From Candidatus Latescibacterota bacterium (GTDB lineage Bacteria; Latescibacterota; UBA2968), in the NCBI GenBank assembly GCA_965207885.1, contig OZ242311.1, positions 2,048,001 through 2,112,000 of the forward strand: DNA of 64,000 nucleotides, written 5' to 3'. The position numbers were made by a program, and so were the translations under genes. Shown here in pieces: positions 1 through 8,300 of this stretch. Position 1 is the stretch's first letter. Every line of letters begins with the position of its first letter. The notes under the pieces were generated by a model. The model had not been told where the DNA came from. It saw only the letters and a list, made by a program, of their open reading frames with translations, and ran no database searches.

Positions 1-291
1 GATGTTTTGCGGGAGGCAGATGCTATTGCCATGCGAATACTCGACCGCGCGGGTCTTATGCCTGCTGTGTCTCAGATGCCGACTGTTCTGGTGCCGTTGA
101 CGACAGATGGACAAGATGAAATTGTGATTTTGCGCCCGATTACGACTCCGGATTTTATGACTGCGCGATTTGCTGAATTGCCCCACAATCTGGTGCGCGA
201 TATGGCGGATGAAATACTGAATCTGCCCGGTGTCGCTGCCGTGGGGTACGACATTACACACAAACCGCCGGGAACTGTGGAATGGGAATGA
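1..291 (+). CDS. guaA: GMP synthase (glutamine-hydrolysing), C-terminal part (5' end outside window)
   Basis: C-terminal signature YDITHKPPGTVEWE and LRPITTPDFMTARF; frame is open from base 1. Confidence 0.93.
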   Translation, partial: DVLREADAIAMRILDRAGLMPAVSQMPTVLVPLTTDGQDEIVILRPITTPDFMTARFAELPHNLVRDMADEILNLPGVAAVGYDITHKPPGTVEWE

Positions 292-914
292 AAGACAAAA
301 GCGGAGGTTCTGGCCTGGGACCTCAAGGGGAATCCAATCACGACAAGGATCAGGAAATTATTGAAGTCCGCGTGGGACAAATTTCTATGAACCTTCTTTC
401 ACTCCTTATGCTTTTTTTCGCGTTTAATATCGCCATTGCTGTTCAATTTTTATTTTTTAGGGAGATCGAATTGCGTTTTCCGGGAATTGATAGTTGGAAG
501 TTATTGGGGTCTGTTATTTTGCTTATTATTTTTCACGAAGGACTCCATGCTGTTGCCGCGCTACTGTGGGGGAGGGTCCAGTGGCGTTCAATACATTTCG
601 GAGTCAAATGGCGACAGCTCATGTTTTATTGTCATTGTGATAAACCGCTAAAAGTGAATACGTATCGAATTTTTGCTCTTTTTCCTCTCCTTGTCACCAC
701 ACCCATTGCAGGTTTTATCCTGTGGTTAGATCCATCTACCTGGTCGCTATTGTTCTTCAGTCTAACAATAGCTGTCTGTGCCGGAGATGTCTTGTTGTTT
801 GTCAAGACCCGCCAGATTGAAAATGACAAATGGATTCAAGATCACGACTCAGAACCCGGTTTCTATATCCTGCCAGAAGCTATCGCTGCATCCCCTGAAG
901 AACACCACAGATAG
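288..914 (+). CDS. DUF3267-like membrane protein, putative zincin metallopeptidase
   Basis: TM helices, HEGLH (HExxH) motif, 'ALFPLLV', 'CAGD', 'IQDH'; ATG overlaps the guaA stop (ATGA 288-291). Confidence 0.7.
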   Translation: MKDKSGGSGLGPQGESNHDKDQEIIEVRVGQISMNLLSLLMLFFAFNIAIAVQFLFFREIELRFPGIDSWKLLGSVILLIIFHEGLHAVAALLWGRVQWRSIHFGVKWRQLMFYCHCDKPLKVNTYRIFALFPLLVTTPIAGFILWLDPSTWSLLFFSLTIAVCAGDVLLFVKTRQIENDKWIQDHDSEPGFYILPEAIAASPEEHHR

Positions 915-954
915 CTCAGATTTTACACCTGTGGGAATGGAGTAACTTACAAAA

Positions 955-1473
955 ATGGGAAAAAATACAGCCTATTACGAGACCATAACGCCTATAACGG
1001 TCTGGTCGGTAATCCTGTCTATCATTATTGTTGCTTCCCCCTGGATTTATTTTTATAGTCCGAAATTTATGTTCTCTTTGGTTATAGCGGCTGTATATGT
1101 GATGTTTTTGGTTATATTCTTGCTTTACGGGCGTTATACGATTCAGATAGACGATACAGCAATCGCATTTGGTTATCGATTTACCAGTAAAGAAAAAGTT
1201 TTATTGAATACAATTGCGTATGCTGAGATTTTCATTTTGGATCTAAAAAATCCCATCAGACGCTTCGCCATTAATACACTCGGAGGACCTCCCGTTTGGA
1301 TTTCGGGTGCTTTGATCAGGTTGAGATTAAACGAAGAATACCTTACTCGATATAAATTCAGGCGAAAAAAGAGAGTGAAACAATTGGTCCTTGTATCGAG
1401 ACAACCCGAATCGGTCTTGTCCGTGCTGTCAGAAAAAGGTGTGCCCGTTCAATCGCGATGGAGAGCAAAATAA
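955..1473 (+). CDS. hypothetical membrane protein (2 N-terminal TM helices plus basic soluble domain)
   Basis: 172-aa ORF, upstream GGAG RBS, two hydrophobic segments, AT-rich. Confidence 0.6.
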   Translation: MGKNTAYYETITPITVWSVILSIIIVASPWIYFYSPKFMFSLVIAAVYVMFLVIFLLYGRYTIQIDDTAIAFGYRFTSKEKVLLNTIAYAEIFILDLKNPIRRFAINTLGGPPVWISGALIRLRLNEEYLTRYKFRRKKRVKQLVLVSRQPESVLSVLSEKGVPVQSRWRAK

Positions 1474-1618
1474 ATGGACAGGACGAGGTTGAGATTTTGC
1501 GTCCGATAGGGTTGTTTTTTTCATTTTTAAAAATTGAAATGGAACAAAATGAACACCTTTTTTTAAATAGTTAGCAAGCGTGGGTCTGATAGCGCAAATT
1601 ATATATCCTTGTTTTTTT

Positions 1619-1651
1619 AGTGCCTTAGAATATTCTGAGGCACTTTTTTTT
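1619..1651 (+). terminator. intrinsic terminator upstream of the peptide cluster
   Basis: AGTGCCTTAGA-ATAT-TCTGAGGCACT stem followed by a long T run. Confidence 0.7.
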
Positions 1652-1666
1652 GTTTTTTTTGAAAAT

Positions 1667-1682
1667 GGGCACGGCATTTGCA
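1667..1682 (+). promoter_or_regulatory. putative sigma54 (RpoN) -24/-12 promoter
   Basis: GGGCAC-GGCAT-TTGCA matches TGGCAC-N5-TTGCW at all but the first base, with exact GG-N10-GC spacing, about 75 nt before the first GT start. Confidence 0.6.
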
Positions 1683-1755
1683 GAGATGTTGTGTGCAAAT
1701 CGCGTGAACGGGATTGAGGCGGACGAGATGTCCGCGATGATAGAGGGGTGAAATT

Positions 1756-3003
1756 TTGAAAAATACTACAGTTGCGTTTTACAGCCAGCACCTCATTGGC
1801 GTTGGGCACCATTTTCGCAATCGACAGATTGTCAATGAACTGGTCAAAACATGCGATGTGTTTTTCATCGATGGAGGGCGACCAATTCCCGAAGCCGATC
1901 TTGATGAACAGGTGGTACGTATTCCTCTGCTGCCGCTTCGCACGGGCGCACAGGGTATTGAGTCTGTCGATACGGAGAGTGATTTGCAGGCTGTGATGCG
2001 CGAGCGTCAGACACAGCTTTCCGAGGCGATGGAGCAGATTCGCCCCGATGTGTTTTGTGTTGAGTTTTTCCCTTTTTCTCGGTGGTCGCTCAAGAGCGAG
2101 ATCCTCAATACTATTGTCAGACTCAATGAGGTCAATCCCGGTGCGAAGGTGCTGTGTTCTCTGCGCGATATTCCAACGCGGGCAAAAAGCAATGTGTTGC
2201 AGCCGACTGTCGCGCTTGTCCAGAGACGCGATGGAGATGCGATGCGGTTTTATTCAGTGCCTTTTGGTGGGATACATCACGAGTATTTGGCTTTTAATCG
2301 GCGGTATTACGAGGAGGTCGTGCCCGTGTTGAATCAGTATTTCGATGCGGTACTGGTGCATGGCGATTCCCAACTATCCCGGTTGGAAGATCACTTTCCC
2401 TGGACTGCTGATATCGGTATTCCCGTGGTTTATACAGGGTTTGTTTCTGAGAAACTCGGTGACGCATCTCGGCCTGGTCGTGCGCCTGATCGGTATGTGC
2501 TGGTCAGTTCTGGCGGTGGGGCTGAGGGGCTTGCGCTTGTCGCGCCGTGTATTGAAGCGTGGAAACAATTGGAGCGGGACGATGCGCACGATGGACGCGA
2601 GATGGTGATTTTTGCTGGTGCGTTTATAGATGAAAAGCATTTTGACGCTTTGTGTGGGTTGTGCGGTGATGGTCCGTTTCGCATTGAACGCTTTACGTCC
2701 AATTTTTTGGCGTGGATGAAACACGCGGATTTGTCGATTAGCCGGGCGGGCTACAATACGTGTATGAATGTGCTCGAGACACAGGTCCCGTCGATTCTGG
2801 TGCCGAGTATTGCGATGGATGATCAGGTATTTCGCGCGCAGGAGTTGATGGGATTGGGCATTGCCGGGGTGGTACATCCGGATCAACTCGGTGTGGGAAA
2901 GATGACAAAAGCTATTGCCAAAATGCTCGAGAGTCCTGTGCCCGAACACGATCTATTCCTGGATGGTGCCGAGCAAACGCGAAAGTTTATAGAATCAGTC
3001 TGA
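1756..3003 (+). CDS. GT-B glycosyltransferase (COG4671-like, GT1/GT28-C type)
   Basis: YSQHLIGVGH N-terminal motif, VEFFPFSR, VLVHGD, VSSGGGAEG, ADLSISRAGYNTCMN, DQVFRAQ. Confidence 0.85.
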   Translation: MKNTTVAFYSQHLIGVGHHFRNRQIVNELVKTCDVFFIDGGRPIPEADLDEQVVRIPLLPLRTGAQGIESVDTESDLQAVMRERQTQLSEAMEQIRPDVFCVEFFPFSRWSLKSEILNTIVRLNEVNPGAKVLCSLRDIPTRAKSNVLQPTVALVQRRDGDAMRFYSVPFGGIHHEYLAFNRRYYEEVVPVLNQYFDAVLVHGDSQLSRLEDHFPWTADIGIPVVYTGFVSEKLGDASRPGRAPDRYVLVSSGGGAEGLALVAPCIEAWKQLERDDAHDGREMVIFAGAFIDEKHFDALCGLCGDGPFRIERFTSNFLAWMKHADLSISRAGYNTCMNVLETQVPSILVPSIAMDDQVFRAQELMGLGIAGVVHPDQLGVGKMTKAIAKMLESPVPEHDLFLDGAEQTRKFIESV

Positions 3004-3015
3004 ATGAGGTGAAAG

Positions 3016-4419
3016 ATGAAAATTTATGTGTCACATCCATATCACGACCGCGAGAAAGTGATAGCGTCGAATAGCGGGGCGTCCCTTTCGGGTTTTAACC
3101 ATGTGCAGGCGTTATCGAAGTATTGCGAGGTGTATATGCCAGCGTCTGAAGCAGTGGATTATGGTCCGAATGTGCACGGTATTCGACCTGAGTTTGAGAC
3201 GATTGATGCGTCTCGCCAGTGGTTTGCGCGGCAGGATTTTGATGGCGTGCTGATGTTTGAACCCAAAGTAGATGACTTGGCATTTTTTCGCCATGTGTGT
3301 CCCGCACCCATTGTGATTCGGCTGTCGTGTTCTTTTGGGCACAATCGGGATTTTGTCGATAAGGTGCTGAATTGTTATTCACTGCTGCGGCCTTATGATG
3401 CCCTGTCACCCAAGTCGGCGTATGTCGCTGATGAGGTGGGCAAGCTGGTGTTTGACAGATCGTATTTGCACGCGATTACCAATGGGGTAGATGCCGAGGT
3501 GTTTGTGCCGATGGATAAGTTGCAAGCGCGCAAAGAGGTCGCGGATAAGACGGGTGATCAACGTTTTTTAGAGATGCCTGTCGTGGGTTTTTGCGGGCGG
3601 TTTGAGCCGGGCAAGGGTGCGTATCCGTTTTTGCGGATGGCCGATCTGAATCCCAATGTGCTGTTTGCGGTGATTGGCAAGCAGTTCGCACCCGTGACAC
3701 ATGCGCCCAATGTGATCTTTCTGGGCGCGCAACCCTATACGGATATGCCGCTGTATTACAATATGCTGGATGTATTGTGCGCGCTGTCGGTGTATTCGTA
3801 TGAGTCGTGTCCCTCCACTGTGATAGAGGGCATGGCGTGTGGTCTTCCGGTTGTGGCGACAAATTTTGCGGGTGCGCCAGAGTTGTTGGGCAGTTGTGGG
3901 CGGTTGATCGAGATTGAGCGATTTGAAGACGAGCCATTGAATGTGACGGGGTATATCGCTCCTGAAGTGATTTCAGATGCTGTGCGCGATTTTTTGGATA
4001 GCAAGACGGAGCGTGTAGAAATGGGTGAGTCTGCTCGCAAACGCGCACTAGAATTTTCCTGGGATCATACGGCACAGCAGCACATGGCACTGTTTGAAAG
4101 TCTGCGGACCAAACGCGATGCACCTGCCTGCCCGATACCAATAACCGTGAGTTTTACACAGGGGTGTGATATGTCCGGTGTGCCGAAAAGTGTGTCCAAA
4201 GGATTTAACTATTTGGGAAGCGCGCAAGGTCCGTTGCCGCGCATTTCGTTTTTTGGGCAAGATATGTCCCTTATTGAAGGCCTGGGCCTTCACTTGATGC
4301 AACATTTACACCCAAACGAAGTCGAAGCTGCTCTGATAGGCTTATGCGAGACGCGCGATAGAGCTTATAAGACGCTTCGCAAAATCCGACACTTCAGCGA
4401 TATGCTCACGGCTCCCTGA
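3016..4419 (+). CDS. GT4 family glycosyltransferase with about 100-aa C-terminal extension
   Basis: ITNGVD, GRFEPGKG, ESCPSTVIEGMACGLPVVAT (EX7E), FSWDHTAQQH. Confidence 0.85.
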   Translation: MKIYVSHPYHDREKVIASNSGASLSGFNHVQALSKYCEVYMPASEAVDYGPNVHGIRPEFETIDASRQWFARQDFDGVLMFEPKVDDLAFFRHVCPAPIVIRLSCSFGHNRDFVDKVLNCYSLLRPYDALSPKSAYVADEVGKLVFDRSYLHAITNGVDAEVFVPMDKLQARKEVADKTGDQRFLEMPVVGFCGRFEPGKGAYPFLRMADLNPNVLFAVIGKQFAPVTHAPNVIFLGAQPYTDMPLYYNMLDVLCALSVYSYESCPSTVIEGMACGLPVVATNFAGAPELLGSCGRLIEIERFEDEPLNVTGYIAPEVISDAVRDFLDSKTERVEMGESARKRALEFSWDHTAQQHMALFESLRTKRDAPACPIPITVSFTQGCDMSGVPKSVSKGFNYLGSAQGPLPRISFFGQDMSLIEGLGLHLMQHLHPNEVEAALIGLCETRDRAYKTLRKIRHFSDMLTAP

Positions 4420-4472
4420 TTGGCATAGGGATACGGCTTGTGTTGAAGTGGTAAAGAAAGGAGGTGAGAGAA

Positions 4473-4691
4473 ATGACGGAGCGCATTACATCAATGCCAG
4501 CACAAGTTTCTGTGACCTGTGTTCAACTCCCCGGTCAAGAAAGCGAACTGGCACATGGTGAGATGGCGAATACATCAGGAGGATGCATTTTGCCAGGAGA
4601 AGATTTGTTTGAGCACGACCCATTAGAGCCTCTTGAAGATATTATTGATGATATCTGTGATACGGTGAGTGAATGGTGGGCTTCCTGGTAG
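4473..4691 (+). CDS. putative RiPP/secreted peptide precursor A (double-glycine leader, 35-aa acidic core)
   Basis: Strong RBS AAGGAGGT; leader ends ELAHGEMANTSGG; adjacent to a C39-peptidase ABC exporter. Confidence 0.75.
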   Translation: MTERITSMPAQVSVTCVQLPGQESELAHGEMANTSGGCILPGEDLFEHDPLEPLEDIIDDICDTVSEWWASW

Positions 4692-4784
4692 CACCCCCAC
4701 AAGACGCTATTCCTGTTATTCAGATACTGGACGAAAACCATCTTTTTTTGCTGAATCTTACAATTCATTTACCCGGAGGATGTT

Positions 4785-5165
4785 ATGTATAATCGCGTGA
4801 CTTCAGATTCAAATTCAGACGCTGTTTTTGCCTCTTGCACGATACTGCCTATCCATCAAACAACACTAAATGTTGAAGAAATGGAGGGCATTGATGGCCT
4901 GGGAAGTGTGACAGATGCTATTGATGCAGCGGTAGATTATGTTTCTGATGTTGTTGATTCAGTAGGAGATTGTGTTTCTGATTTTGTTGATTCGTTATAT
5001 TTTTACCCCCAGGATGCTGAGCCCATATACCTGCCTGATCCAACTGTTATCCCACCATCACCACGTGATACGACGACTATCACTAATTATATATATTCCT
5101 GCGATAAGACGATCGCGGACTTAGCTTCTGGTGCGACTTGTCCGTGTATGCCGCCGCCGTGGTAA
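4785..5165 (+). CDS. putative RiPP/secreted peptide precursor B (GG-like leader, 11-mer repeats, Pro/Cys-rich tail)
   Basis: RBS GGAGG; leader LNVEEMEGIDG aligns without gaps to the precursor A leader. Confidence 0.7.
   Translation: MYNRVTSDSNSDAVFASCTILPIHQTTLNVEEMEGIDGLGSVTDAIDAAVDYVSDVVDSVGDCVSDFVDSLYFYPQDAEPIYLPDPTVIPPSPRDTTTITNYIYSCDKTIADLASGATCPCMPPPW
4908..5006 (+). repeat. three 33-bp (11-aa) tandem repeats within precursor B
   Basis: VTDAIDAAVDY/VSDVVDSVGDC/VSDFVDSLYFY; DNA 4934-4960 vs 4967-4993 differ at 2 of 27 nt. Confidence 0.8.
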
Positions 5166-5182
5166 GTCCGATGTGCATCAAC

Positions 5183-5226
5183 CCGTCATTCCCGCGCATG
5201 CTCCACGGCGTGTGCAGGAGTGACGG
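5183..5226 (+). other. REP-like stem-loop between the precursor genes and the transporter
   Basis: CCGTCATTCCCGCGCATGC...GCGTGTGCAGGAGTGACGG, 19-bp arms with G-U pairs and one mismatch, no U tail. Confidence 0.65.
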
Positions 5227-5344
5227 TGTTATATGAGGCAGGACTTACGTCACTCAGTACTGGAGAGTAGATAGCTTGCCTGGAGCATTTTAGAAATCAG
5301 CATTGTAGTTGAGTTATAGACATGTTACAGGACGGTTGGAGAAA

Positions 5345-8300
5345 ATGAATCTTTCGCACTTTTTCACCAAAAACTCGGTGCGGTCACAATCTGTTCACTT
5401 TCCCTTTGGAGGTGTTGTTTTTCAACAGGGTCAGGCGGGTGAGGCGTTTTACATTGTGCAGTCTGGGCGGTTGCGGGTGATTAAGCAGGATGAGAATGGA
5501 AATTCGACAACTGTGGGATATTTGTATGCGGGCGATCATTTTGGCGAAGGGGCATTGTTGACCAGAGAGGGACATCGGGCAACGGTGCGAGCGGTTGAGG
5601 ATGCGGAGGTGTTGCAGGTGCCGAAGGATGAATTTTTTAAGGCTGTAAGAAAAAATTCTGATGTAAGGGCGTATCTTGAGGAGCAGGTCGCCAGTATTGC
5701 GTATCGGGATTTTACGCGTTTTTTGAAAGGGGATGTTCCGAGTCAGGCAATGCGGGTGTTGTTTGCGCGGCTGAAGCGCGAGGCGGTTGAGGAGGGTGTG
5801 ACCGTTGTTGAGCGAGGTCAGTTGGGTCAGCGATTTTATTTGATCGGTAGCGGTCAGTTGGAGGCTGTGTCAGAAGACGGGGATACGGTGATTTTGAGTG
5901 CAGGTGATTATTTTGGCGATGATAGAGATGATAAAACGGTCATTCGCAGTCGGTGTCATAGCGTGCTCTTTTGTATAGATAAAAGCAATTTTAATAAGTT
6001 AAAAGCTATGATACCGGAATTTGATGAGGCGTTGGAGAAAGGTCGCATATCGCGTGGAGATCAGGGGGCGAATGGGGCATTGTTTCGAAATGCGCGACAA
6101 GTGCCCGAACCACCTGTTGACCGGTCTGATGAAAAACTGGCATCCAATACAGCATCCAATGTAGTCAATATCAGAATAGACGGTGCAAAACCATACGTTC
6201 CCACATGGTTTCGCTTTCCATTTTTGAAGCAACACGATCAATCGGATTGTGGCGCGGCGTGTTTGGGCATGATTTGTAAGTATTACAAGATGCCGATTGG
6301 GTTGAACAGGCTGCGCGATATGTCCAATGTGTCGCGGTATGGCACGTCGATGGCGGCTTTGGCTGAGGCTGCGGAAACCATAGGTTTTGTCACGCGTGGG
6401 GTGCGCACGGGGTATGAGGCTCTGATGCGAACAGAACTGCCAGCTATTCTGCACTGGGAGGGCAATCACTTTGTGGTCTTGTATCAGATTGATAAAAAGG
6501 AGGTGAAAATAGCAGACCCCGGTGTGGGTATTCGCAAGCTGTCGCGGGCAGAGTTTGAGAAGGGCTGGACAAACAGGGCACTGTTGTTGGAATACACGGA
6601 TCAGGTGGCAGAGAATGAACCGTCTCAGTCTTCTTTTAAGCGGTTTTTTCCACTGGTCAGGCCCTATACAGGCATATTGATTGAGGTGTTGCTGGCGTCT
6701 CTGGTGCTCAGTTTGTTCGGTCTGGCGTCGCCCATTTTTATGCAGACGATTGTCGATCAGGTCTTAGTGCATCACGATAAGGATTTGTTGAATTTGATGC
6801 TGGTAGGGATGGTGGTCGTCGCGTTGTTCCAGATGGGTACATCGACGTTGCGCGTCTATTTAATCGGGTATGTGAGTGCGCGGTTGAGCATTGCGATGTT
6901 GTCGCGTTTTTATCGGCATTTACTATCGCTGTCCATGCAGTTTTTTGCTCTGAGGCGCACGGGCGATTTGACCACGCGATTTCGAGAGAATACAACGATT
7001 CGGCGGTTGTTGACAGGTACGACGGTTTCTGCGGTTCTGGATTTTATCATGCTCTTTGTCTATCTGGGCTTGATGTTTTATTACAACGCTGAACTGACGT
7101 TGGTCATGCTGATTTTTGTGCCGATCTCTGTAGGGCTTACGCTGATTTACACACCCATTTTGAAGTCTTTCAGCCAGCGCGCTTTTCTGGCGCGTGCCGA
7201 ACAATCATCTGTTTTAATCGATTCGCTGCAGGGCATTGATGCGGTCAAAGCCGCGGCAGTTGAGCGCGCGACGCGGTGGCATTGGGAAGGCAAGTTCACG
7301 AAGGAAATTCAGATTGGCTTTCAACGGTTAAAAATGCAGATGTTGTTTGGGGGGATAGGAAGTGTGATCAATTTGTTGAGCAGTACGGTAATTTTATGGT
7401 ATGGCGCCTCATTGGTGATTGCGGGTAACCTGTCGGTTGGACAGTTGATGGCGTTTAATGCGCTGATTGGCAATGTGATGGGACCGATTATGGGGTTAAT
7501 TGGGATATGGCCGCAGGTGCAAGAAGCGCGTATTGCTCTGGATCGGCTGAATGATGTGTATGATACGCAGATGGAAGATGCGCGGCAACAGGGGCAGGGT
7601 TTGATCTTAAAGCATTTGGTAGGACGGGTGGTTTTTGAGGGGGTATTTTTTAGATATGGTGTTGGTTCTGACGAACCTTATGTGTTGAATAATATAGACC
7701 TGACGCTTGAGCCGGGTCAAAAAGTTGCAGTTGTGGGACGCAGTGGTGCGGGCAAAACTACGTTGGTAAAGTTAGTGCCCCGTTTGTTTGATCCGTCAGA
7801 AGGGCGTGTGACGCTTGATGGTATGGATGTGCGAGATCTGGATCCTCATTGGTTGCGTCGGCAGGTGGGTATGGTGATGCAGGAGCCGTTTTTGTTTTCT
7901 GGCACGATTGCAGAAAATATCGCCATTGGTCAGACAGACGCGGACATGGACCGCATTTTGGAAGTGGCAAAGCTATCGTGTGTACACGATTTCGTAAGCG
8001 ATATGCCTTTGGGCTATGAGACAAAGGTCGGTGAGCAGGGCGTGGGGCTATCAGGCGGACAACGACAACGGATTGCAATTGCACGGGCACTGTATTGTGA
8101 TCCGAAAATTTTGATTTTTGATGAGGCGACCAATGCCTTAGATACGGATTCAGAACAGGCGATTCAGGCGAATTTAGATCTGTTTTTGGATGATCGCACG
8201 GCGTTGATTATCGCGCATCGGTTGAGTACAGTGCGCGATGCGGATGCGATTGTGGTCTTAGATAAGGGGCATATTGTGGAGATGGGCACACACGATGAGT

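Noticed and set aside
4473-5165. Lanthipeptide, sactipeptide or classical glycocin assignment
   Set aside because: No LanB/C/M, radical SAM, YcaO or SunS-type GT2 gene is present, and the cores are anionic without the glycocin disulfide pattern.
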